Notes: generated by a model not told the origin, from the letters alone. Positions 13,371 to 26,420 are shown, counted from the stretch's first letter. The stretch is 64,000 bases of DNA from Prorocentrum cordatum (GCA_963575745.1 CAUYUJ010000115.1:248001-312000), one strand, 5' to 3'. Translations and numbers: made by a program.

Positions 13371-14749
13371 GACACATGAATTTTCGGAGGTCCGCGCGGA
13401 CAACAGGGGATGTGTCGACCCCTACCCCAGGCGCTGGGAGGTTTTCGACTGGACCGCAAATTTGGGGCCCAACCCTGGGATATGCGAGGGGGGGTGTCCA
13501 TCCTCAACAAGGGTGCGTCCGAAGAGCCCACAGGGGGTGTACCCGAGGGTTTCCCCTCTTTTCTGAACCTCTTCATTCTTCGTCAGAAGGTCGGGGGGGG
13601 GGGGGAGAAAAATCGCCTGCGATCTTCTGCGACGCCCAGCCCTGCGGGAAGCATGTGTGGCGTCGAGAGCTTCTCCCTCGGGTGGCCGACTCCGGGGGCC
13701 TCGGGAGCATTGCTCAGCGCGTCGCGGCGGCGGCTCCCGCGACACTCTTCTGCCGACGCAGAGAAGTCGCCCCGTGGCCAGGGCCAAGGAAGAGGCAAAA
13801 GCGGAAGAGGAGGAGAGGGGAGGGAGGGGAGGGAGGAGGAGAGGAGGAGGAGGCAGAGGCAGAAGAGGAGGAGGAGGCAAAAGCAGAAGAGGAGGAGAGG
13901 GGCAGGAGGAGAAGCAGCAGCAAGAGCCAGCACGAGCGAGCGCGCGGGCGTGGCCAGCGACAGGCGCCCGCCGCCGGCGCTCCGGCGCGCCGCGGAAGGC
14001 GCGCGCCCTGGCCCGACCCGGCAGCGGCCCCGGCGGCCACGCGCCCCGACGACGACGGCGATGGTTATGATGATGGTCCTCCTCCTCCCCCGCCCCCTCC
14101 CCCTCCCCCTCCTCCTCCTCCTCCTCCTCCTCCTCCTCCTCCTCCTCCTCCTCCTCCTCCTCCTCCGCCATGGCGCCCAGGAGTTCCGCGAGCTCGCAGC
14201 CGCCGAGGCGGGCCACGGCGGCCGCGACGCGCCGCCGGAGCTGCCGGAGCCGCGACGCGCCGTGCCCTGCGGGCTGACAGCGTGCCGCTCTGCTTCGTGG
14301 GGCGGGAGGGTGGGAGAAGCTCGGGCATCGTGCTCCGCGTGTCCGGGACGTGCTCTGCTGTCGCACCGAAGCCTGGTGGGCCAGAACCGGCGGCGCGACA
14401 CGCTGAGCTAGCGTTCCTGACCGTCTACAAAAAAGCGCCCAGGAAGGGAAGAGCCAGACCTGGGGAATGAGATCGGGATCTCACGAGTCCCACGTCTCGG
14501 GATCAAGCTTCCCCGAGAAACACTACCTCCGACCGTTGTTGCGCCTGTCACACATCAGCTGGCCCTGCGAATCGAATCGCATCACCATAAAAACCGTGAG
14601 ACACGGCCAGGACGAGGAGAAAGCTCGCTCGCGCCCTCGCGCCGCAGGCTGTGGCAGCACATGGGCGTGTAGATTGGCATATCGACTATGAAAAACAAAC
14701 ATGGCGCACTTCATGTCGCCACGTGTAGGCGTCACTGACTGCATCTAGA

Positions 14750-16440
14750 CATTGTGGTGGACGAAGTGGAAGTGCTCGACTCTGTCGAACTGGATACCGA
14801 GGCGGCGAATAGTCCCGAGGGCAAGGAAACCTGCAGGAAACAAAAGGACGACCCGCCAACACACCCACCCAGAGCCCCCCCACAGCCAAAAAGCATCCAC
14901 AGAGCTGGGCTTGATTGACTCCCCTGGTCGTCCTCACGCTACTGAGGCGGTGGTGGCTGCCTAACTGTGCGGCTGGCTGAGCCTGCACTAACTGCGTGCT
15001 GTTCCACACCATGATAACGGAACCGTCATGCTGTCCGCAAGTGGCTGACCACAAGTCCGTGGTGCTGGATAGCTCTGTGGTGCTCGACTTTGTCCAGGTG
15101 GACGCGTTGGTAGCTCTCGGCCCAGACGAGATAGCGGGGTGGTGCTCGAGACCTTCGTGGTGAACACCGTGGTAACGTTCGACTCCATAGTGTTGGGTCC
15201 CGGCATAGTGCTAAACCACCCAGTCATGGTGGACAACAATGGCAGCGTGACAATCCGTAATGCTTGATGATATCCGGCTCCGTGTCGGTGGACATTATAA
15301 TGGTACCTGGCATCCTAGTCGAACATGTAGGGCACCGCCACGGGTAGCCCAGCGGGATCAACAGTAACAACGTGGTGATCGCCTTTGTCGTACTGTCTAC
15401 CGACGTAGTGTTCACCTCCGTCGTGGTGGCCAGCATGGGAGCGCTCAGTGACGTTGTACTGGATAGCGACGTGGTGGTCCCCTCCGCCGCAGCGGTGACG
15501 GTGGTATCGCTTGATTCCCAAGTGCTGGACGCCGACGAAAGGCTCGACTCCGTCATGGTGAACAATGAACAACGCGGTAGCGCCCAGTTCCGTAGTGCTG
15601 ATCACCGACGTGTTGCTGTACTGGGTAGTGGTGGACGTTGTGACCGCGTTCTTGGTCGTGGTGGGCCACATGGCGGCGCTCGAATACGTAGCACTGGGTA
15701 AGGACGCACGTTTCAACTCCGTCATGGTGGACGCCGTGGTAGCGTTCGACTACGCAGTGCTAGAAGCCGATTGGTACTCGACGCCTTCGCGGTGGCACAG
15801 GATCGCCCGAGGCCATTGCACTCGATGGAACTCGACTCCGTCATGCTTGCCACCCAGCAGCACACATTCCGTAGTGCTTGGTAGTGTCGAGGTGTTGAGC
15901 ACCGTCGTGGTGGGCACCGTGTGAGCGCACGGCTCAGGAGCGAAGGATAGCGACTTGGTGCGCGTTTCCAGTGTCGTGGGTAGCGTGGGAACGCTCGAAC
16001 CCGTAGTGCTGGATACGGACTTTGTACTCGAAATCGTGTGAAAGGCCACCATGGTCGTGCCAGAGCCCGTGGTGCTGGATACCGACATTGTGCTCAACTC
16101 CGTCGTAAGGCTCACGTCGGTAGGTGCCGAAGACGATGTGGTGTTCAAATCCGACGTGAAAATTGCCCTGGTACAGCTCGATTCCGTAGTGCTGGCAAGC
16201 CACATAGTGCCCAGCTGTGTGGTGGTTGGTGTATGATGTTTGACCGGCGGCCGAAGAATGACCCACGATTAAAAACATGCCGTCGGTCCCACAACTCTCC
16301 GTCGGCGCCGTGGTGGTTGAATCCGTCGTGGCGGATGCGGTGGGAGTGTCCGACTCCGTGATGCTGGTCCCTGTAGTGGTGCTCACCTCCGTCGCGGTGG
16401 GCAGCATGGTAGAGAACGATTCAGTAGCGCTGAAGCGACA
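14750..16440. pseudogene. Degenerate coding-like repeat region (Thr/Ser-rich on minus, Val/Asp-rich on plus), fragmented
   Basis: Recurring TCGACTCCGTCATGGTG and GTGGTGCTGGATA motifs. Several short overlapping ORFs show STTES/TMTES or VVLDS repeats. Confidence 0.35.
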
Positions 16441-16899
16441 CAATGGTACAGAACACTACGAAGAGTGACCTTTGTTTCATCTTCCTGGAACAGATTACCG
16501 TCGCTTTAACATCTTTCCGTCGGTGCCGTAGTGCTCGACGCCTCTGGTCCCTGGAGGATCATGACGTATCGGATGTCTGGGGCAGAAGCTGGAGAGCTCG
16601 AGGGGAGGGAGGAGGGAGGGAGGGGGGAGGGGAGAGGAGGGGCAGGGCCAGTCAGCATAGAGCCGAGCAATCACATCGAATCGACGTGTTCGTCAGATCG
16701 AGCTGCATTAGCACGGGGTCGAAATCGGACCGCATCGGCTGCGCCAGGCATGCACAGCAACGCCAAGTATACAGATCGGGCCGCACCGAACCGTCGAACA
16801 TAACAGTCCAATCGGATCGGGCTGGCCAGAACCAGTGTCGGATCGGATCGGATCGGCATCGACCCTGGCGGGGATACGCTTCCAGGAATCAGGAGCCGC

Positions 16900-17178
16900 C
16901 TGGCGATCCCCCAAAAAAGCTCTAGAAGGGCTCTCATGGGGATTCCAGGAGCTGGGACTCTCTGCCCCCCGTCCCTCCCCCCCGAGTCCCCCTCCTCCTA
17001 CTCCTCCTCCTCCTCCTCCTCCCCTGCCTCCTCCTCCTCCTCCTCCTCCTCCTCCTCCTCCTCCTCCTCATGCACGTCCTCCTCTTCCTCTTGACCTCCC
17101 TCCTCCTACCCTTCCTCATCCTCCTCGTCATCATCGTCAACATCACCATCACAACGCCAAACATGATTAGAATCACGG

Positions 17179-17245
<67 letters not shown>

Positions 17246-17528
17246 AAACATCATCATCATCCTCAACATCATCATCATCATCATCAGCAGCAGCATCATA
17301 ATCATCATCAGCATCATCATCAACAGCATCAGCATCATCACCATCACCACCAGCAGTTTCATAATCACCATCATCGGCAGCATCACCACAACCATCATCA
17401 GCAACATCTTTAGCATCGTAATCAGCATCATCACCATCAGCATCAGCATCAACATCAGCATGGTCGTCGTCATCATCATCATCATCATCATCATCATCAG
17501 CATCATCATCATCATCATCATCGTCATC

Positions 17529-17560
<32 letters not shown>

Positions 17561-18185
17561 CCTCCTCATCATCATCAGCATCATCAGCATCATCATCATC
17601 ATCATCACCGGCATCATCATCATCAACACTATCATCATCAGCATCACCAGCATCATCAACATCACCACATTCATCATCATGTTCATCATCTGCATCAGCA
17701 TCACCACATTCATCATCAGCATCCTGGTCATCACCATTATCATCATCATCATCAGCAGCATCAGTAGCATCACCATCAGCATCATCAGCATCAGCAGCAG
17801 CATGATCATTAGCATCGCCATCAGCATAAGAATTGCCATCATCAGACTCAGCGTCATCATCATCATCATCATCATGGTCGTCATCAGCATGATCATAATC
17901 GGCATCGTCATCCTCATCACCAGCATCGTCAGCAACAGCAGCAGCATCAGAATCATCAGCATCATCAGCATCATCGTCATGCTGCTGCTGCTGCTGCCGC
18001 CACCGCCGCTGCTGCTGTTGCTGCTGCTGCTCATGTTTAGTCAGCATCGGCACCGCAACATTTTGGCACAACCCATCTTCAGCGCAGAGCTGAGCGGCTC
18101 TTAAGGCCGGTCTCTGGACAGCAACTTCCAGAGGCGCTGAGAGGAAAAGGCTCGCTGATCCCCTCCTGCCCCTTATCCTGGGCTC
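16900..18185 (+). repeat. Upstream flanking repeat of the Penelope-like element: block A + (CCT)n/(CAT)n tract + block B
   Basis: Block A (CCCCAAAAAAGCT...CTGGGACTCTCTGCC, ~16907-16966) recurs at ~23321-23378. Block B (CTCATGTTTAGTCAGCATCGGCACC...CCCCT(T/G)ATCCTG, ~18030-18180) recurs at ~23154-23305. Confidence 0.8.
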
Positions 18186-18222
18186 CCCCATGGCAGAAGC
18201 TCGGAAGGGTGCGGCGAGCACC

Positions 18223-18244
18223 TCCGCAGCCATTTTGGCTCAGG
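18223..18244 (+). other. Dinoflagellate spliced-leader relic
   Basis: TCCGCAGCCATTTTGGCTCAGG matches DinoSL DCCGTAGCCATTTTGGCTCAAG at 20/22. A weaker second relic (CCAGCCCGGTTTCAAG) follows immediately. Confidence 0.85.
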
Positions 18245-18278
18245 CCAGCCCGGTTTCAAGCGCGCTTGGGCCGGGAAA

Positions 18279-19439
18279 ATGGACCGGGGAGCCGCCGTGC
18301 CGGCGGCTGGCGCTCGCGTGCTTTGGCGCTCGTCCGCTGCCCGAAGGGAGGCCCAGAGGTGGGCCCATGTCTCTCGAGAAGCTCACGTTCACGATCTTCG
18401 TCACCAACTCGAGTTCTGGAAGTCTCGGTGCGAGTCCATCGGCCAGATTTTCGGGGACCCCGAGCTTGTCGACAGGCGCCTGGCAGTGGTTCAAGTGCTG
18501 GCGCGCCAGCTGGGCAAGAGCCAAGATGCCATTCCTCCCGTGGACGTGCTGAGGCGGAATGTGGCGATGCACGCAGTGAAGGTGCCGCATCCGCTCAGCA
18601 CGGCCGCCGCTGCCGACCGTCGCAGTGCAGCGCAAGGGCCTCGCCTGGGCCGCGCGGATGCTGCTGAGGGCGTGCCCCCCGCCCAAGACCGCAACGGCGG
18701 CGCAGAGGGTGCGCAGGCGGAAGGGGGAGTGTGCGTCGTGGACGTGCCTGCTCTCGACCCCTCGGAGCAGGCGGCGGCGTCGGACCCTCCATGCCCGGCT
18801 GCTTCTGGAGAGCATGGCGTCCTCGACTCGCACGCCGAGGACTCGGGCGAGCCGCTCTCTTCCAACGATGCCGTCACGGAGTTTGGGGGGGCCGTGCAGG
18901 CGCGAGCGCCATCGGCGAGTCGCCGCCCGCCGAGCTCCTGCCGCACGGCTTCGGCGACCGGCTGGTTCCCGGAGCTCGGCACGCTCTCGACGCTCTCGAG
19001 GAGGCGAGGCCCTCCTCCCAGGGCCTGGAGGCGGGCTGGCGCCTCGCCGACTTGGAGCGGTCGGCGCCCCTGCTGGCCGTCGAGGTGGTCTTCTCCCAGG
19101 GCCTGGAGGCGGGCTGGCGCCTCGCCGACTTGGAGCGGCCAGCGCCCCTGCTGGCCGTCGAGGTGCAGAACGCGGAGCCGCTCCCCGAGGACGGCGAGCG
19201 GGCGAAGAGCTGCGCGGAAGAGAGGGAGGAGCCGCAGCAGTCTCGGCCTGGCCTCTCTGGTCCCCGTGGGGCTGCCGCCCGATCCAGGCGAAGGGCTCCT
19301 GCTCGGGCAGGTCGCAGTGGGCGATGGTTCGCCCAGCCCTCCGCGTGGGAGGGGCCTGCCGCTGTACGGTTGCCCCTCGGCTCCCTCGACGACGTCGGCC
19401 TCGACTCCTGCTCAGAGTGCGACGTGTTCTGACTCCTGA
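18279..19439 (+). CDS. Element ORF of unknown function, containing a 78-bp tandem duplication (19015-19166)
   Basis: 386-aa ORF directly after the SL relic. Its N-terminal part looks protein-like (HDLRHQLEFWKSRCE...VLRRNVAMHA). Confidence 0.4.
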   Translation: MDRGAAVPAAGARVLWRSSAARREAQRWAHVSREAHVHDLRHQLEFWKSRCESIGQIFGDPELVDRRLAVVQVLARQLGKSQDAIPPVDVLRRNVAMHAVKVPHPLSTAAAADRRSAAQGPRLGRADAAEGVPPAQDRNGGAEGAQAEGGVCVVDVPALDPSEQAAASDPPCPAASGEHGVLDSHAEDSGEPLSSNDAVTEFGGAVQARAPSASRRPPSSCRTASATGWFPELGTLSTLSRRRGPPPRAWRRAGASPTWSGRRPCWPSRWSSPRAWRRAGASPTWSGQRPCWPSRCRTRSRSPRTASGRRAARKRGRSRSSLGLASLVPVGLPPDPGEGLLLGQVAVGDGSPSPPRGRGLPLYGCPSAPSTTSASTPAQSATCSDS

Positions 19440-19777
19440 GCCTGGTGCAGTGCATCCCCCAGGTGCTGTACTTCGATATCTTCGTCCTGTTCCTCTTCTG
19501 AGCAGGAGTATCATGGGTGGAATGTGTGTGCAGCTGAGGCAGAGTCTCTGCCCTGGTGCCTTCAGGAACGCTACTGTGCGCGCAGCTGTAGCGAGGAGTT
19601 GCCGTCTGGCTCATGTGGTGATGCCTGTTGAGGTCAAAAAAGGGTGCGGCGAGCACGACATCTCCTACTGGCCCGGCGTTCGCAAGTGTTCTATCGGACC
19701 TGGATTCTGGACCAGGTGGCAACTGCGACCGATCGCCGCGCAGGCAGGGGAGAAGAGGCCAGGGTACTCCAAGTGCT

Positions 19778-21186
19778 GACGATCCAATTGCCCGTCAGCC
19801 CGCGGACAACCAGGCACGGCTACACAAAATGGAGGACATGTTCGCCAAGATCATGGAGGCAAACATCAACATGACGTCCGCGATCGCCCAGAACCAAGCG
19901 CAACTCCAAAACTTGATAAAAACACTGGCGGAGAGCTTCCAGGGCACCGTGGGTGCCACCCAGCAGGCCCTCGCCAGCGCAGCGGACTCCACAGCCACTG
20001 CGGCAGCGGCGGCAGTGGCCCTGAGAGCAAACCAGACCTCGAGCCCGCCTGTCATCGTGCAGGGGGCTCCGAAGCAGAAGATCCCAAAAGAAGTGAACGT
20101 GGCCCTAGAGCCCTAGAGAAGGCCAAGACTCGATACGAGACTGACCTACACAAATGGGTTCCAGCCCAAAGACAGCACCCCAAGTTGGAGATGGAGCTCC
20201 AGCTGTTCGACGAAGGCGGAGGTAGGTACCCGGCAGGCGTCAAACCCTTCGCCGCCTCCGAGACGCTGACGGAGCTCGACCTGCCCGACGACGAGGTGAT
20301 CGCGAGCAGCAGCCAGATCACCGTCCAAATCAGACAGGGTTCAACGCGTCGTGAAACAATGGCGTCTGTTCGTGGGTCTTGTTTCAAACACATCAAAGAG
20401 TTAGAGGAGCGATCAGCTGAGAGGAAGATGTCCGACGCAAAGCAGGCAGCGCTCAAGATGACGCTCGCCAACACCGTGAAGGACATCATCAAAGCAGCCG
20501 CCAAAAAGGACAAGGCGTCAGCTCTGGGACTGGGCGAACCCATATATGAACCCGTCCCCGAACAGGAAGCTGCTGCCAAGGCAGAGTCGCTGTACAAGCA
20601 GGCAGCGCATCATATCTCCAAAGATATCGAGACCAAAGTGAGCGAGGCCAAGAAGGCGAAGGACAAGGAGGACGCCAAGGAGCAGGCCAGGTTGAGCATG
20701 GACCCGGCCAGCCTCCTCAAGAAGGAGATCAACGCGGAGATCATGGACAAGTTGGGCGAAAGCAATGATGTTGATCTGGAAGGTGGACTTCCAGACGCAG
20801 CTTTGGGGTCAGAAGCTGGAGCAGAGGATCCAGCTCGCACCTTGACTCGATTATGCGACGCAGCGTCTGTCAAAAACGGTCGCTCCTGGCGGCGACGCCG
20901 GGGGAGGCAAAACCAAAGGCAGGCATGGACGAAGACGGCAGGGGCAAGGGAAGGGGCCCCCAAGAGACGACGTCCGAAGGCAAAGGCAAAGGCAAGAAAG
21001 GTAAGAACGGCAAGAAAGGCAGGAAAGGCAAAGGCAAAGACAAGGACAAAGGAATTGGCAAGGGCTCCAGGAAAGGCAAGGAATCCACAAAGGGCAAGCA
21101 CCCAGACAGGAAAACGGAGAGCGTGGCACGAACGGAAAATCCTACGCGAGACGCTAGCTCCGGGAGGACGTATCACAGCGAAATGA
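19778..21186 (+). pseudogene. ORF1-like coiled-coil protein with a Lys/Gly-rich tail, broken by a stop and frameshifts
   Basis: Fragments LHKMEDMFAKIMEAN...LQNLIKTLAE, KHIKELEERSAERKMSDAKQAAL... and KGKGKKGKNGKKGRKGKGK. Confidence 0.55.
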
Positions 21187-21299
21187 CATCCGATGGATGT
21201 GGCGCATGACGTCTGGGTTAAGCGTTGGGGATTTGCTTACCATCTTGGAGTGGCCATCTCACCAACATCGGGTTCAGCTATACGATTCGGTCTTTCTCA

Positions 21300-23090
21300 G
21301 CATGCGACGGCCAGCGCACCATGGCCGATCAAATGTTACATATTACGTCGGCATCGTAAGCACATGTCTATATCTAGAGCTCTTCACTGCTTGTTCTCTT
21401 TCCGACGGCAATTGCAAGATCCTGCAAACAAGATGAACTGGAGGTGGTAATGTTCATCATCTTCCTGGACCTCCCCGAGCCCTCCGAGGCCCCCCGGCGC
21501 AGAGACCACCAGCCTTCACCAAGGAGGCCGAAGCCAACACCAAGCCCAGCTGGCTTCCTATGAAGTGGTGGGTGCCACCTGTCAGCCAGCAGCTCGTGGC
21601 CGCCATGTGGCGGGCAAGGGCAAGTGCACGGTACTCAACACGATCGTACTCTAACACGGGGCCGTTGGAGAAATACGCGTTGTAGCTACTCCGCAGCAGC
21701 AAGATTGCGGCGATCCGGAATGACAAAGATTCAAGTTTTTCGTTGGTGCTGAAAACTGATCTTCCTATCATTGCAGACCGTGTTTTGCAGGTACGCAATA
21801 CACGTCAACCAGCCGGCATGGTATGCACAACGCGCGTGCGCGATCTTACAACATAATCTGTAAGTGGGTTGGCGAGAGGTTGGACGATGACACGTAGGAC
21901 CCCGCACTCTTCAAGAACGCAATGTTTGCAGGCAGCACGGCGCGGAGCAGGCTGCAGACCTTGGTCAAGACACAGAAGCCTCAGGAAGATGTGGTTGTTC
22001 GAGCTGTTCACGCCTCTTCGCGATACATGTTTTCTGGGCTCAGTCACTGCTTGGCGCGGGAGCTCAGACGCAGCGATTCGCATCATGTCTTCTGAAGGAC
22101 TCACAAGACCTGGTGTCCAGGATCAAACATATTAGGCATACGAGTGTTGAGCGGTGGCACATTGCCACAGTCGACGTAAAGGTCTTCTACTTGAATGGCA
22201 CGCCCGATCAGATCATAGAGGCAATCCTGACATTATGGACGGTTGACGACCCTATGAAGGAAGTCCTGCATCGAATTCTCGATTCCGTTTTGCGTCATCA
22301 ACATGTTGACGACCCTTGGGAACGGTCTGACAACCTCACGCACCAAGTGCTGAAGGATCAGGGATGGGCCTGCCACATTCCGGCGAGGTTGCGGACTGCA
22401 CGCTCGTGGCGCTCATTGAGCGGCGCGTCGCAACGGCAGGGGCGGGCGAGAAGCTCGCCCACCACGGCGTCAGAGCTTATTGGAGGTTCAGAAATGACAT
22501 ACTACTCCTGAGTGCGGGACAGGCCTCACGCACGCTGTCGCTCTTCAGGGAGATGTGGGCGCTAGCTCACGTCTACCGATGAAGATCACGTGGGCATGGC
22601 GCGAGGTGCATGTATTGGATCGGATCTGGTGGTGGGGAGAGAACATGATCATGTTACAGTTTCATATTTTCTAAAATCATCCTCCCTCACCCCGCCCCTC
22701 TCCCCCTTCAGTGCTCAACCGCTCCACGTGCACAGCTCGTGGCCCAAAACCTTTGCACATAGAGTAAGTCGATTGTGTAGCACCCGAGGCCTATATCAAC
22801 AATCGATTGCCAACATAGTAGACTTCGAGAGAATGCTGCAGACGAGTACACGCTCCACATGTTCCGGCAATATGCACCCGTAGCTGAGGCGCACGTTTCT
22901 CTTCAACTGGCGTCGAGCGCCCTCGGCGCCGAGAGGAACCCAAAAGAGAGTGTCTCACCCAGTCCTTGGATCGTGGCGTGAGCAAGCTTTTCGTTCGCGA
23001 ATCAAGGACCTCTCCCGAGCCATTGGTTTAAGCTGGTGAAGTTCGAGCCCCTCCACCCTAAGACGTCTGCAAAAAAACTTGCACTCAAGC
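21300..23090 (+). pseudogene. Penelope-like reverse transcriptase, frameshifted
   Basis: Motifs in PLE order: RNDKDSSF (~21716), VKTQKP..VVRAVHAS (~21964), TVDVKVFYLN (~22167), GMGLPHSGEVAD (~22361), YWRFRNDILLL (~22478), LKSSSL..PLSPFSAQPLHVHSSW...RVSRLCS (~22670-22780). Confidence 0.75.
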
Positions 23091-23134
23091 GAATGAATGG
23101 TGTAGACGGTTTTCTGTTGTTGTTGGTGCTGCTG

Positions 23135-23622
23135 TGGTGGTTTGCTGTTGCTGCTCATGTTTAGTCAGCATCGGCACCACAACATGTGTGGCACAAGACA
23201 TTCTCAACGCAGAGCTGAGTGGATCTTAAGGCCAGTCTCTGGACAGCAACTTCCAGAGGCGCTGAGAGAAAAAGACTCGCTGATCCCCTCCTGCCCCTGA
23301 TCCTGAGCCTCCTCTTGATTCCCCAAAAAAGCTGTAAAAGGGCTCGCATGAGGATTCCAGGAACTGGGACTCTCTGCCACCAAACCCTCCCACCCGCGCC
23401 CCTCGTCCTCCCCCGCCTCCTCCTGCTCCTCCCTCCTCATCCACGTCCTCCTCATTCTCCTGATCTCCCTCCTCCTACCCCTCCTCTTCCTCCTCGTCAT
23501 CATCGTCAACGTCACCATCCCCACCCCCAACATAATCATAATCACCATTATCATCATCAACAAGAGCATCACAACAATCAGCATCATCATCAGCATCATC
23601 ATCAGCATCCTCATCAGCATCC

Positions 23623-23664
<42 letters not shown>

Positions 23665-24564
23665 GCAGCATCATCATCATCAGAATCACCGGCATCATCA
23701 TCACCAGCATCATCATCAACATCACAAGAGTCATCAACATCACCACCATCATCATCATCACCATCATCGTCATCAACATCACAACAATCATCATCAGCAG
23801 CATCGTCACCATCATCAGCATCATCACCATAAGTATCATCAGCATCAGCAGCAGCATGATCATCACCATATCCATCATCATAAGAATTGTGATCATCAAC
23901 ATCAGCAACATCACGATCATCGTCGTCATCATCATAATCGGCGTCGTCATCCTCATCACCACCATCTTCATCCACAGCAGCAACATATTCATCATCATCA
24001 GCATCATAATCATCGTCATCATCATCGCCGGTGTCGTCGTCGTCATCGGCATCACCATCATCATCATCATCAGCAACAGCATCATCATCATCGTCCTCCT
24101 CAGCACCAGCATCAGCATCAGCATCTGCATCAACATCAGCAGCAGCATATAAGCATCATCAGCATCCTCATCATCAACATCATCAGCATCATCATCGTGA
24201 TCATCATCATCGTGATCATCATCAGCATCATCAGGATCGTCATCATCATCCTCATCAGCATCACCATCATCGTTGGCATCGTCATCACCGTAGTCACCAT
24301 CATCATCGTCCTCGTCATTATCATCGTGCTCATCATCATCAGCATCATTATCATGATCGTCATCATCATCAGCATCATCATCATCACCATCGCAACCACA
24401 TTCAACATCATCGTCATCGTCGTAATCATCACCGAAATAATCATCATCATCGTCGTTATCAGAATCCTTAACATCATCATCATCAACAACAACATCAGCA
24501 TCAGCATCAGCATCAGCATCAGCATCAGCATCATCATCAGCATCAGCATCAGCATCAGCATCAG

Positions 24565-24633
<69 letters not shown>

Positions 24634-24690
24634 TATCATCATCTGTACCACCATCACTAACCCAATCACCATCACCAGCATCATCATCCA
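23135..24690 (+). repeat. Downstream flanking repeat of the Penelope-like element: block B + block A + (CCT)n/(CAT)n tract
   Basis: Homologous to 16900-18185, including landmark interruptions inside the microsatellite (17068-17165 vs 23437-23535). Confidence 0.8.
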
Positions 24691-25617
24691 TCTATCCTGC
24701 CCCCCCCTGAGGGGAGCCGAAAATGGAGGACTGCCACAGGGGGGGAGAAACGCCGACCTGTAACCGACGATACATCGCCGATGCATCGTCCGTAGGCCGC
24801 CGCCAGGGAGACGGACGACGCGCTCCTGAGCAGGTTGGAGACCCAGGCCACGATCGGCGAGGAACAGGGCATTTGGGGCTGGTGCTTCCCCCCCTGGTCC
24901 AGCCCTTTGTGGTCCTGGGACACGACAAGGCCGCCGTTTTTCCGCTTTCGTTATATGCTGTTTCTCCCCCGACTCCGGCGTCGCTAATTCTTCGGTCCCG
25001 TCGCCGTCTCTTTTCCGGTTCCGGCTCCACCTACCAGCCCGGAGCATTATCTTCCGTTTCGGCAAGCCGTTGTCTTGCCGCCTTCATTCTTGGAACCGAT
25101 GAAAACACTCTTGTAAACGGTTAAATGAAAAACGCTCTCACACATAGAAACTATATTAATATATACCTCTCTATATATATATATAAAGGAGCCGAACTCC
25201 ATACAACGACGCCTTTGTCTGGCCTCACACTGAATCTCGAACAGAAAAGCGGATCCTGGTGTATACGGGATCCTGGTGTATACATCATTCGCTGCTTCCC
25301 CGGGACAACGTGGAAAAAAATACACACCACACCACCCCGACGTCGTCTCCGACCTTCAAAAAAGTCCTGGGATTGAAAGACCGCCCGCCACTGGTAATGT
25401 ATATGCTCCAGTTTCCGAATATCTGTAGACATATAGATGTAGATATATAGTCATATATATATGTCTTTAAATACATAAACATATATATATATATATATAT
25501 ATACATACATATGTGTGTATGTATACCTGTATGGATAGATGCAAACCCAATTGTTTTCCGCAAGATCCAGGTTTTTGCAAGCGCTGGAAAACCGACCCTG
25601 CCGTTTCCAAGAGCTAC

Positions 25618-25788
25618 TACACGTCATTAATTTCCCATCGTGTTCATTTCTTCTTGTGCTCGTTTGTAAATGTTCCTGCCCCCCCAGTGGCCAGGAAGAG
25701 GCCCAGGATAGAACAAGTGGAAAGGAAAGGATCCTGGCCCGCCAAAAAATCGAAGAACACTCGAAGGATTAGAAATGAACCATGTGTA
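25618..25788. mobile_element. MITE family A, copy 2 (both ends, TA-flanked)
   Basis: The right end GATTAGAAATGAACCATGTGTA is the reverse complement (20/22) of the family left end TACACGTCGTTCATTTCTAATC. Confidence 0.75.
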
Positions 25789-26420
25789 CGGTGCAGCCAC
25801 GCCGGAGGGCGCCCCCGACCTGCCCACCCCCCCGCGCCCCGCTGCCGCGCGGGCGGGGCCTGGCGTCGCCCCCGCCGGGCGCCTCTGGCTTGCCGACGCC
25901 GCACCCCATGGCTCCTGTGGTGGCGGCGTGGCGCGCGAGGCCGCGGAGCGCTGCGGGCGGATCACGAGATCGAAGGGCTGAACCTAAGCGGTGTTTTTCG
26001 TTCTCGTTTTCGGTTCTCGTGTTCCCTCGTGTTGTCTCCAATCCGCCTCTACCGCAAAACGAAGTCGAACCAAAAACGGCCCACGAAATCGCGAAAACAC
26101 CGTTTAGGTCCAACCCTGCGAGATCGAAGGTCGACGATGCAGGACCCCAGTGAGTTGGCCTTTGCGCATGCGGGACCCCTCTTTCCCTCTCTCTTTCCAT
26201 TCTCTCTCTCTCTCTCTATTCTCTCTCTCTCTCTATATTCTCTCTCTCTCTCTCTCTCTATTCTCTCTCGGGCCCTGGGTCCTCCTGACAAGCCCCCCCC
26301 CAGCAGCGGTCGCTGCTGGAGGGATCAAACCAATGAGCCATGCGGCCCCAGGGGTGAGAGCCACCGGGCCTGCTGGCTGGTGGGAGATCCGTAAACGCGT
26401 AAGGAAAAACGGCAGGCGAC

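Larger units (their letters stand above)
18223..23110 (+). mobile_element. Decayed Penelope-like retroelement (no GIY-YIG endonuclease seen)
   Basis: SL relic at the 5' end, coiled-coil-like upstream ORFs, a PLE-type RT, and flanking direct repeats. Confidence 0.7.

Noticed and set aside
18055..18150. Hammerhead ribozyme in PLE block B (CTGAAGA on minus; CTGAGAG-GAAA on plus)
   Set aside because: The core is incomplete (no correctly placed GAAA or stems) and is not conserved in the second copy.
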